A DNA stretch of 58,586 bases, filler included, from Squatina squatina (taxonomy: Eukaryota), in the NCBI GenBank assembly GCA_031763465.1. It is 4 parts of 4 records of this genome, joined end to end, with 100 filler letters (N's around TTAATTAATTAA, not from the genome) between each part and the next. Parts side by side here need not be neighbours in the genome. Positions count along the whole stretch, not along the records: positions 1 to 12,677 come from JARFOE010000230.1; 3 more parts are not named here. The stretch is one strand, 5' to 3'. Positions 1-12,777 of the stretch are shown here, piece after piece. A program made the translations under genes and the position numbers. The first letter of the stretch is position 1. Each line of letters starts with the position of its first letter. Under the pieces are notes generated by a model. That model saw nothing but the letters and a program-made list of their open reading frames with translations, had not been told where the DNA came from and ran no database searches.

Positions 1-659
1 CCCATATCAAATTTTTCTGTTCGTATTTTAATAGTCAAGAGCCTGCTTAAAATAACCAGTTAGCACCTCCATTAAAATAGCAGAGGAATTTGATACAAAG
101 GCGCTAAGTGTTCATACAGCTTTGCATAGTGTAAGGTTCAGGCTTACCTCTGTTTTTATCCAGTATTTAAATGAAAAATGTGTCACCTGTCAGATACAAT
201 ATTTATCTAACTCACACCCTGGAATCAAAATGCCCTGGTGACATTGTCACTCATGCATTATCTGCTGAATTGATGTGGTCTGAAGGACAGTTTATCACCA
301 AGTACTCATTTCATTTCTACCATTATTACCTAATTACAAAAAATCTGTTAATCTCACAGAAATAATAAACTCAAAAGCGCTATTTATGGTGTTTTTATCA
401 TGCCATCATTTGTGTTAGCATCCAGCATCACCTCATCCCACAGTCACTGGGGTGATAATCCTGCCCATTTATGCATCCTTTTTACATTAATTCTTGCCGA
501 TATTAGCAGAAGAATGCGTTTACATGACATTCCTTCTTTATGTTAGCAGAGGCATTAACCCAATTAAAATAAATGGATTAACATTTGTGTTAAAATAACT
601 GGCAAATGAATGTCATTTAAATGCATTAAGTATTTGTCTGCTAGCACTGCCAGGTGTCA

Positions 660-1040
660 TGCTATGCTGTGGCTCCATCAATGGGTAAATGCATCAGCTG
701 GTATAATTCGAAACCACACCGGGTCCGCGTGCAGTCTGACTTGATCTAGGACAGCAGCAAGGATCCAACAATTGCTTTCAGCACTCCTGGGTTAAGGAGG
801 TGTAAAAATCAGCCAGCGTCCCATGTCTATTCATCACCCAATTGTCTTCACTGGAAAGTGTATGTGTGTATGTGGCGCGCATGTGGACCTGAGTTCATGG
901 ACTGTGATCAGAATTTGGGTTTGCTGAAAATTCTTCACAAAATAAAGTAGCCTGCCGACATTCACTGTCAAGGCATGAGGAGTGGTCGGTTGAACAAGGT
1001 ACTGGAGGGCTGCTGCCTCCCAGGGACCTGTAATGGTATC
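660..1040 (+). mobile_element. Degenerate SINE-like interspersed repeat (family not named)
   Basis: Shares blocks with 16790-17025, e.g. tagcctgccgacattcactgtcaaggc vs tagctttctgacactcattgccaaggc. A reverse copy is likely at ~2520-2700. Boundaries approximate. Confidence 0.5.
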
Positions 1041-1192
1041 CTCTGTGACTGCGACCATGGTGAATTATACCTACAGAAGCGAAATACTGTGGNNNNNNNN
1101 NNNNNNNNNNNNNNNNNNNNNNNNNNNNNNNNNNNNNNNNNNNNNNNNNNNNNNNNNNNNNNNNNNNNNNNNNNNNNNNNNNNNNNNNNNNN

Positions 1193-1250
1193 TGAACGGC
1201 GGCGCAGACTCGAGGGGCTGATTGGCCGGCTCCTGTCCACATGTTCCAAT
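1193..1250 (+). mobile_element. CR1 LINE 3' tail fragment
   Basis: tgaacggcggcgcagactcgaggggctgattggccggctcctg matches the CR1-type tail repeated at 6943-7054, 35665-35800 and 47413-47670. Confidence 0.65.
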
Positions 1251-2169
1251 TCTTTTAGTTCTGAATATTTACATTTCTTGTTACACCTATAATTTTCTTT
1301 TAAAGTTACTGGCTCTGAGATTACACCACGAGCTGCTCGTGAGTGCCTGGGGAGACATTAATCTGGTTAAAATTAACAGTTGAAAGAGCGGTGTGAGGAA
1401 TTTCCAGAAGTGCGTTCGGGCGCCTACGCTCGTATCCCACAGTGCAATGTCGGGAACGATTTTTTGAAAAATTTATTTTCTTTTTCAACATAACATGATA
1501 ACAAAATTCATGCCACTTGTCGGGGGGACCATCCAGCCTTACAGTGTCGCTGTAACCTGCTTTGGTATAGTCCCAGTTGGAGCTGAGGCCAAGGGATGTG
1601 CATCAGCTCGGCGCACAATAAAAAATTCACCAGACTCTGCCCTAAAAAACATTTATAGTAACTCATGCATTCACAAAGAAAAAGAAGGCATAAATAATGC
1701 AGAGCTTTAAATGTAGATGATGTGCTGAGGGAATCAAGTTATTTTGGCATACACCAAACATTTGGCTCATTTTCACATACCAGCCCGTGAGTGATGCAGT
1801 GAAATGGAAATGAAGAGCGTGCTTGTCAGAACTGACAGTGGTGAGTTGGGAAAGGGGGCGGAGTTAAAGACACTTGCATGTCAACAATGAACACATTCTT
1901 AAATTATCGGCAAAGAGAGCTTGGGCGCAGCTAATCCCTTGTCAAAACNNNNNNNNNNNNNNNNNNNNNNNNNNNNNNNNNNNNNNNNNNNNNNNNNNNN
2001 NNNNNNNNNNNNNNNNNNNNNNNNNNNNNNNNNNNNNNNNNNNNNNNNGTCAGGTTGGCATTCACATAACTTTCAAATAGCCCATTAGTGGGTAATGCAA
2101 TGATTATATTACCGGACAATCAGTAAACATGAATTGAAATCGCACCTTGGCAATGTGAAGATTTGAATA

Positions 2170-2402
2170 CAGGTTTAAAAAAATCTGCTATTAAAAAGCT
2201 GGTATCAGTAAAAGCGACCACAAAGCTGCTGGATTGTCAGAAAAACTCAACTGGTTCACTAGTACTCTTTAGGGGTGGAAACCTGCCGTCTGGCCTGTAT
2301 GTGGCTCCAGTCCCACGCCAACACGGTTGACTCTAAACTGCTCTCTGAAGTGACCTAGCAAGCCACTCAGCTCAGGGCAACAATGCATGATCAATAAATG
2401 CG
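2170..2402 (+). mobile_element. SINE fragment (same family as 56930-57190)
   Basis: Shared blocks with 56930-57190: aaaagctggtat, ctttagg..ggaaacc, gctccagtc, cggttga, gcaagccactc. Confidence 0.55.
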
Positions 2403-4453
2403 CAGGGTGAACAAAAGCTTGGTCAAAGAGATTGGGTTTAAGGAAGGCCTTAAAAGAGGAGAGAGAGGTGGAGACAGAAGGGTTTCAGGAGGGTATTCCA
2501 GACTGTGGGGCCAGTTTAGTCACACTGGACAGTGATCAAGTGCAACCAGCCTGGCTGATTTCTTCCCCTCTTAACTCTGTAGTGGGCCAATTATGGCATC
2601 CTCACTGCTCTTCTAGGTGAAATCAGTTAGCTTAGCGCTGAGCAAGTGGTCTGTGTGGTTCAGTTCTGCACCTGACAGTGTGGGTGGCATGTGAGCTGTG
2701 AGGCAAAAGTCTCTTATTGTAAATCCATGAACCTTCTCCATATATTCGAGGGGTTTTAAGCACCAGGTACAGCTTTATAACTTCACCAGTTAACTGGTGC
2801 GGTCGAATGAGTCGTTTTTGATTGCGTGGAACGGTTGCTCTGATTTACAATGCGGTGCAGCCGAGAGCTGCTGAATGGGCTACACTGGTGTTGTTATATA
2901 AGGTCTGAGGCCCCCTAGCAGAAACGAGAGTAGTCCCTGGTGCCCGCATTAACAGAGAGAGCAGGGAACACACTTAACAGCTGAAGTACATGCAGGAAAT
3001 TCACTGCGATCTCTTTACGATGTCCGATGCCATTAACCTCAGTGATTGAGAGTTGTTTCCTCGTGGGCAGAAACCAATCGGGCCTTGTCCAGTAAGCATG
3101 TCCACTATAAAGCGCACTCTGTGGCATTTCCCAGAAATATGTCATCAGGGAGCACTATCATCTCGTATTGATTAAATGACAGTTTGAAGTACTGGCCGGG
3201 TGAAATATTTTAGAGATATGTGCTTTGAAAAAAAAGGATTTAATGATCATCCCCATAAAAAAGCAATCTTTTTGTTGGCCTAGTTCATAGCATGATTTAA
3301 ACCCACGATAAACAAGTCTAATTTGCACAATCTGCTATTATGAAGGCTCCAACCTTCTTGAGAAAGACCCTCTTAATAACGTGTATATGCTTGACAACAG
3401 ATGACACTGGGCGAGTTATAAAACACACGCTCTTTTGTTGCTGTTGAGCTATCTAGGCAAAGAACCGAGGCCTAGACCGCCATTCTGCACCAAGGTGCCA
3501 AAATTAAAAGAAAGAACTTGTATTTATGCAGAGCCTTTCATGTCCTCAGGACGTCCCAAAGTACTTTAAAGNNNNNNNNNNNNNNNNNNNNNNNNNNNNN
3601 NNNNNNNNNNNNNNNNNNNNNNNNNNNNNNNNNNNNNNNNNNNNNNNNNNNNNNNNNNNNNNNNNNNNNNNCACGTCACCGGTTTAGGACCACGGTATCA
3701 TTCACGCATTCCCAGGTGCTTGCTGCTTCTGTCTGCTTTTTCTCCCCAAGTCCTTTGAAAATTGCAAGATTCTGTTCCAGCAGAACATTGAGTTACTGAG
3801 AGCTAACTGGCTTTTAAAAATAAAATCGATCTTTAACAATTTCCTTAATCTTCATTTTTACATTTAATGGATGCTTACCCATGTCCTCAGATTACACAGC
3901 CCTGAGGTGCAAGTCCAAAATAAGCACACGCAGTCAAAGCAGCAGGAAATGAGGCCTTAAATGAGGCCTTAAGAATCGTTAACTTAAAACAGGGAGGCTA
4001 TAGATGGAGCGGCATGTACTGTAAAAATAAGCAAAGCTAGATCAACACGTGCCCATTTACTTTGGGTTTGTCCCAGTCCAAAATCATTATGCGAGGGATT
4101 TTCTTTCCAACCTTAAAGAAGAGCTCTCAGGTGACAGGGGATTTATGAGGAAACATGCTGCCAAGTAAAGGATGAGGAATGGGCAGTGTAAGTAGGCAAT
4201 GCAATGGACAGTTAATTCCGGATCCAAGGATTAGCAGACGCCAGATCAAATTCGGAGATGGCAGAAGGTTTTAACCCGATTGCTGGGCCTGCTGATTTAG
4301 TCAACGACACCTGGAAAATCTTTCTCCCTGTTCGAGGTATCGGAGAATCTGATNNNNNNNNNNNNNNNNNNNNNNNNNNNNNNNNNNNNNNNNNNNNNNN
4401 NNNNNNNNNNNNNNNNNNNNNNNNNNNNNNNNNNNNNNNNNNNNNNNNNNNNN

Positions 4454-4938
4454 GGTCCCACTTCCTTCTGAGCATTTGTATAGAGGACCACCTGGCCCCT
4501 TCTGGATAGACCACATCTTTCCTCCTCTTCACCTCCTCTGCCAAGGCCTCCAGTGCAGCATTGACATGTCTTGGAGCCTGCTCTCTCGCATGTTGTGCAA
4601 TTATTACACCTTTTTCCTCATCAGAATGAGTTCCATATGACCTCCGCCCCCTGCTCCAGCCACAATGTGCCACCCCTTTAAGAGGTACAGTCTTGCTTTA
4701 AGAGATGCAGGCTGGCTTTAAGTAGTGCAGACTAGCTTTAAGTGGTACTGGCCTCTCACAATTTTGGGCCACCTGCTGAAGAGTGCAGCCACTGATCAGC
4801 ACTGGCTACACGTTGCAATTATATTAATTAGCAGGCAACACGAAGTTGGCGTGCTGCCTGCATCACATTGAACCGACGCGGGTTAATCCCACATTGCCAT
4901 CTCCACACCCGTTTTCAGAGGCTATCGAATTTAGCCCC
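4454..4938 (-). mobile_element. Harbinger/PIF-type DNA transposon fragment with degenerate Myb/SANT-like ORF
   Basis: Peptide REQAPRHVNAALEALAEEVKRRKDVVYP...LRRKWD resembles the N-terminal half of a Myb_DNA-bind_5 domain. The terminus reads GGGGCTAAATTCG, like the end at 48157. Truncated by a gap. Confidence 0.7.
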
Positions 4939-5925
4939 CACTGAGTCCTGCTGAGATATAGTTTGACAGGCACTCGTTGCCTTCTGGGTACCTCATCCAA
5001 CCGGCAATTCTTCATATGTGAGCCTGGATGTTCAGTGGATGGCAGGTTATTTTCAAAGCTCAGTGAAGCCACAGTATGCCACAAGTACCACAGGGTTGTC
5101 AGCGCGATTTAATTACTGTAATTTTTCCCAACACTATGGAGAGGGACACGAATGTTAGCAACAAGTAAACAAAGTGTTGGCAGGAAACAGCTCACCAATC
5201 AGCATCACCTTCTGTCCAATTATCTGCTTACGTAGATNNNNNNNNNNNNNNNNNNNNNNNNNNNNNNNNNNNNNNNNNNNNNNNNNNNNNNNNNNNNNNN
5301 NNNNNNNNNNNNNNNNNNNNNNNNNNNNNNNNNNNNNTTCCTGTGGACATGAAGGGCACTACATAAATGTTACTCTTTTTCTTATCTTTCCTCTAGACAG
5401 GGCAAAACAGTTCTATTTGATGCATACCTGCTGCAGTGCATCCTGTGTACAGCATTTCCTCAGATGTCAGGGCAATGAGGCTGTATCCTTCCGATTTGAA
5501 TTGGAGCTGGCAGTTCTTCTGCTGTACTGCACGGCTTTAGTAACTGGCAGAGACTGTCTTGACGTTTGTTGCCTGAGTTCTTGGCTCCTGATTAGTACCA
5601 GTTCCATTTATTAAGGATCCTAAGAGATGTCCTGTGCCCAGTCGTGGAGATAATGCTGCCATGTTAAAACACAGGAGCCAAAAACCCATTTGGATTAATT
5701 GAACATCTCGCACCCTCACAGATTGCAATGTGAGAAGCCAGCCTGACGAGTGTAAAATCCGTCAGCCCATATGTTCACACTGCCGAGGCACCACAATACC
5801 AAGGAGAGATTGCTCTGTCTCCCAGTAAAAGAAAGAGGCATTCATTGCCTTTTGTTCTGGTTTAAAGCGGCAACATTGCCTCACTGGGGGACAAATTTCC
5901 CTGGTCGCTGTGTGCAGCTACATCG

Positions 5926-6066
5926 AGGGTGACCAGTTGTCCCGATTTTGCTGGGAACAGTCCCATATTTTGAGGAAGTGTCACAGAGACCCGACACTTA
6001 CCTTAAAAGTGGTCAAATGTCCCGGTATTTAGTGCCCACTCGACTGCGCATTTGCAGTTCCAGTGA
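5926..6066 (+). mobile_element. hAT (Blackjack-like) non-autonomous element, left end
   Basis: Begins gagggtgaccagttgtcccg, close to the TAGGGTGACCA-type TIR. The other end is lost in the gap. Confidence 0.45.
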
Positions 6067-6166
6067 NNNNNNNNNNNNNNNNNNNNNNNNNNNNNNNNNN
6101 NNNNNNNNNNNNNNNNNNNNNNNNNNNNNNNNNNNNNNNNNNNNNNNNNNNNNNNNNNNNNNNNNN

Positions 6167-6350
6167 GCTTTAATGTGCTAAAATGTGACAAGGTGCTTCA
6201 CAGGAGCATAATCAGACAAAAATTGACACTGCTAATGAATGAGATGTTAGGATGGGGGCTTGGTTGAAGAGGTAGGTTTTAAGGAGCATCTTAAAGGTGT
6301 GAGAGAGGTGGAGGTTCAGGGAGACAATTCCAGAGCTTAGGGCCAATGCA
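6167..6350 (-). mobile_element. L2 LINE 3' fragment
   Basis: gaggtaggttttaaggagcatcttaaagg...aattccagagcttagg block is shared with 21320-21482, 30540-30925 and 2405-2510. Confidence 0.65.
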
Positions 6351-6942
6351 CATCACAAGAGGCAGATTTAAAAAGCTAATTGCACAAACGACCTTGTTTC
6401 TGTGATGAGAATGGCCCAGCCTTTACCCTAACAACAAATGTTAACAAGATTACAATTTCTAATCAACTGGGATGAGAGCAGTCCTCCATTTCGTGTTTAC
6501 ATCTCATTATTGACTGTGACTGTGGCCAAAAAACAATAATTTCAAGATATAAATTGTTTTATTGAAAGGTGGGTCAGCTGGGAACTTGTTCAAATTGCCA
6601 TGTCTCAGCTTAGAGAGGGGAATGTGTGTGTTTAAATTGAATTTGTTCAAGATGTGTCCAAAAAACAAATCATATAAGGGGCACAGCCAATCAAACAAGG
6701 TGACCTCTCTGCCTGACTAATGATAACTGTGCCTCACCCGATTTCATTATTTGTTTTTCATGTCAATGTAAATCTAAATTTGTTACCTAGTTAATGAGCA
6801 AGCAAAAAATCTAGGGCAGCAGTGTCATGGAATAAAGGATCGNNNNNNNNNNNNNNNNNNNNNNNNNNNNNNNNNNNNNNNNNNNNNNNNNNNNNNNNNN
6901 NNNNNNNNNNNNNNNNNNNNNNNNNNNNNNNNNNNNNNNNNN

Positions 6943-7054
6943 GAAAGCAGGGACAGGGTACTGAATTTGGATGATCAGCCATGATCTCATTGAATGGTGG
7001 AGCAGGCTCGAAGGGCTGATTGGCCGACTCCTACTCCTACCTTCTATGTTTCTA
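6943..7054 (+). mobile_element. CR1 LINE 3' tail
   Basis: gatcagccatgatctcattgaatggtggagcaggctcgaagggctgattggccgactcctactcc followed by a tctatgtttctat tail. Confidence 0.75.
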
Positions 7055-7119
7055 TAACATTCCCTTATCTGTATCTGGCTTGGGAGCTTGTGTTTTTTCC
7101 TTCAGTACATTGTAGAGTT

Positions 7120-7478
7120 CTACTGGGAGCTGGTCCAATTGGTCACAGCCTTTATCCCTTCCAGTACCACGTGTTTGGCCAGCTGTCTGAGCAGCAGTAG
7201 GCACACGGCATTCAGGATGTCCCGGGAGCTGGCGGACGAGCACCTGTTCTAATGGGACAAGCTGGAAACTTCAGTCGCAATGCGCTCGAAAGTATCTTTC
7301 AGAGAGGAGTTCACAACGCTCTTGGCTTCGTAGGAGATGCCAATGTCGGTGTGAACCTGCTTCATCAGTTTGTAGAGGTAGATGGGGTAACTCTCCTGCG
7401 TTTCTTGCCACCCTTTGCTGTGACTTTGCCCGCTTTCTTGGCACCTTTATTGGGTGCTGGTTTCTGCTCCTCAGGCAT
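7120..7478 (-). pseudogene. Histone H2B pseudogene
   Basis: ATG at 7478 gives [27 protein letters not shown]. After a frameshifting deletion it reads [90 protein letters not shown], collinear with H2B. Premature TAG at 7251-7249; no intact 3' stem-loop seen. Confidence 0.93.
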
Positions 7479-10400
7479 CGTCACATTCAACTTCTGGGCT
7501 CCCCCTATACAGTCACTGTTGCTTGTTAAAGAGGTGACGTTAGCTGTGTTGAAGTATCTGAATGAAGTGTCACCTGTGAATCATGTCAATTTATTCCAGT
7601 TTTTAGCTGATAGCAGCGTGTGAATTGCACACATTAAGGCGGTGGAAAGTCAATAAACCATTAATGAAATTGCAGCCCTGTAACAGATCGGATGTGTACC
7701 AGCAACACAAGTCATCGTTAAGGATTGCCGAATTAGCGTCTGCAAGAATGTTTTCATATTGAAGAAAAATGCTTCTGAACTCTGTCTAGATTGCGACAAC
7801 AAAGATGAATAACCATGCAAGAGGCTTGGTAAAATATTACTGGAACATCTCGACAGTAATAACTTTCATGTTCTGCAAATGTTTATCAATTGCAACTCCG
7901 ATGCCTTTGCAGTTAATCCTGTTTAAGCTCTGCAAGTCTTTAGATAAACCCATGTTCACAGAGTGATTGCATTTATGGGATCGGCAGTAATACTCTTTGG
8001 AAAGGTGGATTAAGTGCTCAGGATAGTTACATCCAGGTCACTCCTAACCTTCTACCCAGGAAAACAATGGGCACAGGAAAGAAATCAGAAATAATTGAAG
8101 TCGTGGGCCAAATTGGTCCTTTAACTTTCTTTAACTGAACGCAGTTGACTTTTTGGAATATCTGAACAGATGGTACTGTACAAGAAAGCAGGCTGTAGAA
8201 ACAATTAAAATAGTGTGCAATGACCTTGGAAAATACAGAGGTCTATCGGCATGCAAGAGGATGGCTCTGACTAGAGTTCAATAGCCTTCAGAAAGGGAAA
8301 GAATATGCTGCTGGATCTAAGGTAGTTGATGTTTACCAGTTTTGATTGAAAGGACATCAACAGCCACCTGTTGAGACAAGTTTAATAATGTTCATGGGGA
8401 AGCTGAGAAACAAAGGGGAGTTACAGCACAGCTGTCACATAACAATGATAAGAAAAGGTATAAAAGGACAACAGTCTACAAGTATGTCAGGAGATACAAC
8501 AAATATTCAACAGAAGATAGAGGCATTGGCTGGTATACCTCCCAGAACAGAGATAATCACAGTGTTCTGTTGGTAAGGTTGCCCCATAGCAAAAATGCAG
8601 CACAATGTCCTTACTCTATGATCATATTGTTGCTTTGCTGGTATTTGAGAGTGTATCAAAAATAAAATATTAAATTGATTTTTTTTTAAAAAAATACATA
8701 TGTAGTTGTGTCTGATTCAACAACTTTTCAATCCTTTAAGTGTTCAAAATTACATCATGGGATTGCAGAATAGCTAATACAACACGTTAGCACCATTGTT
8801 CAAGATGGGAAAGAAGGACAAACATGGTATCTATAGGACCAGTTAGTGCAATGTTAGTTGTTGTCAAATTCTTAGGGTGGGATTTTTAACGGGGAAGGTG
8901 GACTAAGGAGGGGCGGTGCTGCGAGGCAGTTGGNNNNNNNNNNNNNNNNNNNNNNNNNNNNNNNNNNNNNNNNNNNNNNNNNNNNNNNNNNNNNNNNNNN
9001 NNNNNNNNNNNNNNNNNNNNNNNNNNNNNNNNNGTGTAACTGCAGGCTCCAGATATTAATCCTTGATCAACATCAGAGGGACCATCATGTGACTAGACCG
9101 TGGACGGCATTGAAACAATCATGCAGCTGGGTCAGAGGAGCAGGTTTTATTTATTTATTTTTTCAGACTCAGACATTTATTCTGACAACTCTGTTGAACT
9201 GACAACATTAGGATCAAGCCGTTTGGAGACCTTGTTATGTCCACAACCTCAGGGCAAAGCAGAGTAATTAGATTTCCACCAGAAGCTCACACAGTAGATT
9301 AAAGGAAGTGCATCTGTCATTTTTTTTACCGTATCTGTCACATCACCACCTGACTTTTATTAACTATAGCTGTGTTGGGAGGCTGTAATGGTCGGCTTTC
9401 AAAGGTCTTTCACAATGTCTGTTCTGAAACTGCTATTTCACAGGCTGACAGCTACTATTATACACCATATTACACGGGCATTTGCCATTTTTAAATCTCT
9501 TCAGCAGTTTTCCATTTAAAAAAAAATTAGCCCCATTTTCTTTCGGTTCGGATTTGGTTCTCGGTTAGCCAGATGGTACANNNNNNNNNNNNNNNNNNNN
9601 NNNNNNNNNNNNNNNNNNNNNNNNNNNNNNNNNNNNNNNNNNNNNNNNNNNNNNNNNNNNNNNNNNNNNNNNNNNNNNNNCTGCTCAGGGCAAAAGCCGG
9701 CCCATTGAGACAAATGGAAACATTAATTACTTGCATGATTGAATAAGATGCAGAATATAGGAACTTCCAAGTCTTCGTATGCATGTTTGTTGTGTTACTG
9801 TTTCATGTTGGATGTCAATTTATAGATTTTGGGTTGGAAGTATAAAGCTGAGACTTCCCATATGTGATGGAAATTGTTTAAAAGCATCCTCTCCCAAGAT
9901 TGGGAAACTTTTGAGAATATGTTGCATTCCCAATCACCAATTTTCTCTTTTCCTTCTCTTCTTTAGCTTTTAGTATTTCAGGTTTCTTATTTGAATTTCT
10001 TTCATAGCTACAATCTGAATTATTCCATTTTCCTCAGGACAGCCTATTTTTATTGCTTATTGCTTTACATAAGGCCCAGTCTTGCTCTTTCAGCAGCCTT
10101 TCTGCCAGAGAATTATCTTCTATTCCACAAATTATTCTTTCATGTATTAGTAATTNNNNNNNNNNTCTGTCAGTTTGCCAAACTAAGAGGTCTTAATGTC
10201 AGTCCTTAATTCAGTTACATATTGATCTTGTTTTCCATACACACGTGAAAAATTTATGGCTTTCATAGGTCGCATTTCTTCTGGTATTGCAATTCTCTTT
10301 CAAATTTATTCATTATATTCTATTCAGAACTAGATTCTCTCCTTCCTCAAAATTGAAATTATTATAAAATCTGACCTCATTTCCCCAATGGATGCTTTCA

Positions 10401-12677
10401 TCTTTTTTATTTTTTTTTAATCTGTTCCAATAGCCACTAAATATACTTCTCGCACTTGCTGGTCTTCTGAGAGAATTTGGTCAGATTGCAATTTATCCGT
10501 TTTGATGCCTCCTTCATTATACACAATGATTAATCTGCTATGATTCCTTATTTTCATTCAGCATTTCTGTTATATTGTTGTTAGGATACCTAATAATTCA
10601 GTATTGAATGATAATAGAAAGATAACGGATTTATTATGGTTGAAGCAATTTTTGCATACACCATGCATGGGGGGCAAGTTTAAACTGGCAAGATCAGGGG
10701 CAACGCTGGTTGTACTCTCCAGTGAAGTCAACGGAGAGTGATATTGGGTGGGGTGCAACACCCGATCACGTTGGTCACCCGTCCCATGAGTTAGNNNNNN
10801 NNNNNNNNNNNNNNNNNNNNNNNNNNNNNNNNNNNNNNNNNNNNNNNNNNNNNNNNNNNNNNNNNNNNNNNNNNNNNNNNNNNNNNNNNNNNNNTATATT
10901 AAACCTACGAATATTTTACACATAATTTCTGGAGTATGTTGTAAATGTGCTTCATTAAAGTTTTAAAATAAACAAGGGCTTGATAAATAGTCGTGTTGAG
11001 GCTTGGGTTCACAACTTTATTGTAAGAGGCACTGCAAATGGTTTCTATTGTTGGAATAATGGGTTGGAACCAGCTCAAGGTTTCCAGCACCATGGGTCAT
11101 CTCTCCCTCTGTCTCTCAGGAAACGTACAGATAAGACACATTCAGTGTATAAATCAGAAGGAGCAGCTTTCCTTGTGCGGAATGGGAATTATCAATGGAA
11201 ACGTGAAAATATTTTGGAAGAGAAAAGATAGTCGACTAAAGGAGATTTCATTTTGTTCACATAGAGTCGTACAGACAATGCTGTCGCCTTTTACACATTG
11301 AATAGATTCATTTCCTCTTTCTGTTGTTTGATAAATCACTCTGGGTCTTATTGGCCCTGACCCTGGGGTCAGTGCCTCACTGAAAGGCACTTCATCTTCC
11401 ACCAATCGCCCTCACAGATTGCACACAATGGGCATGTAATTGCACAGGGTGTCAGAAGTGACCTTGCTGTTTAAGCTGAGGAAATGCTCCATTTAGCTAA
11501 AGGGGAGAGAAAATAACTCAATAAAATGCTACTGATGGGGCAAATTTGTAGAAAAGAATAGATGCAAAAGCTGTCAGCTGCAGGAGTGCTGTTGTGGTGC
11601 TCTTTAGCACAGCTGTGATGTCACATCTCAAGCAAGCTAATGCACTTACAACTCTTTTAAGTAAAGCTGTTAAGTGGANNNNNNNNNNNNNNNNNNNNNN
11701 NNNNNNNNNNNNNNNNNNNNNNNNNNNNNNNNNNNNNNNNNNNNNNNNNNNNNNNNNNNNNNNNNNNNNNNNNNNNNNTCCATCAGCCATCTATCATCTT
11801 ATTAACTGTCTGCTAAGCTACATCGCGCTTCTCTATTCCTTCTTTTTGACTATCATTTGAACCCAAGATTCACTTTTTTTTCAGATTTGTGCAAGTGCAA
11901 GGGACAAAACTAAGCTGCAAAACAATCAGGAACCAAATAAAGATCGAGTTCACTGTGCGGTACAATGACAGGGCAATATAACAATACATTGATTCTTCAA
12001 AAGATAAAGACAGTGGAGCCTGAGGAGATAGAAAGCCCATTCTGTGAAATATAATAGTTGCTGTTTCCTACACCTAATAGATCTTTCACCAGCTGATAAA
12101 GTAAAGTGATTGGTTCTGGAAAATTTTAATTATTAACGGCCCATTCATAAGAAAACGAGGACATAGACTAGTGATCACCATGGACGTGGCCAGAGGGGAT
12201 GAATGGACATCTGCTGCAGCCTTGATCAGACCTGGAGGGAAAGAGGGCCGTGGTCATTTCCCCAAATTAATCATCAGTGACATTCAGTTATGCAGAAAAT
12301 TCTCACACTGGATTCCGTACCCTGACCCTCACAAGAAGGAACATCAAATTTAAGGCTTTGTGCCAAGTCTTGAAGCCCACTAGCCTATTTTACCTTCTTA
12401 AATTGGCTCATTCATCAGTTTCACGCTTCTCAGTGGAGGATAATTGGTTTATCAGGAACTGCTAGCACTCAATTCGAACAAAGGTTAACCATTGTAAAAA
12501 GTATTTGATTTTTCCCATTTTATCCCCTTTGTCCCCTCCACTTCTGATCCACTCCGAAAATCTCCCTCCAATTTTATCCTCTACTTTTGGTGCCTGCTCT
12601 TGTACAATTCCAAGGGCTGCCCTCCAATCGCTCGCCCTAGTGGCCGTTCGTCAGGTTAGCCGGTGATGGAGTTAACT

Positions 12678-12777
12678 NNNNNNNNNNNNNNNNNNNNNNN
12701 NNNNNNNNNNNNNNNNNNNNNTTAATTAATTAANNNNNNNNNNNNNNNNNNNNNNNNNNNNNNNNNNNNNNNNNNNN
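12678..12777. other. Artificial linker: 44 N + TTAATTAATTAA + 44 N
   Basis: Palindromic six-frame stop 12-mer at 12722-12733 centred in a 100-nt spacer. Confidence 0.95.

Noticed and set aside
7252-7623. 123-aa plus-strand ORF
   Set aside because: Antisense shadow of the H2B pseudogene.
10980-12353. Short plus-strand ORFs with acceptor-like sites near 11120 and 11885
   Set aside because: No recognisable protein similarity, early stops and no matching donors.
12722-12733. TTAATTAATTAA as a biological palindrome or homeobox site
   Set aside because: It always sits centred in N runs, so it is a synthetic linker.
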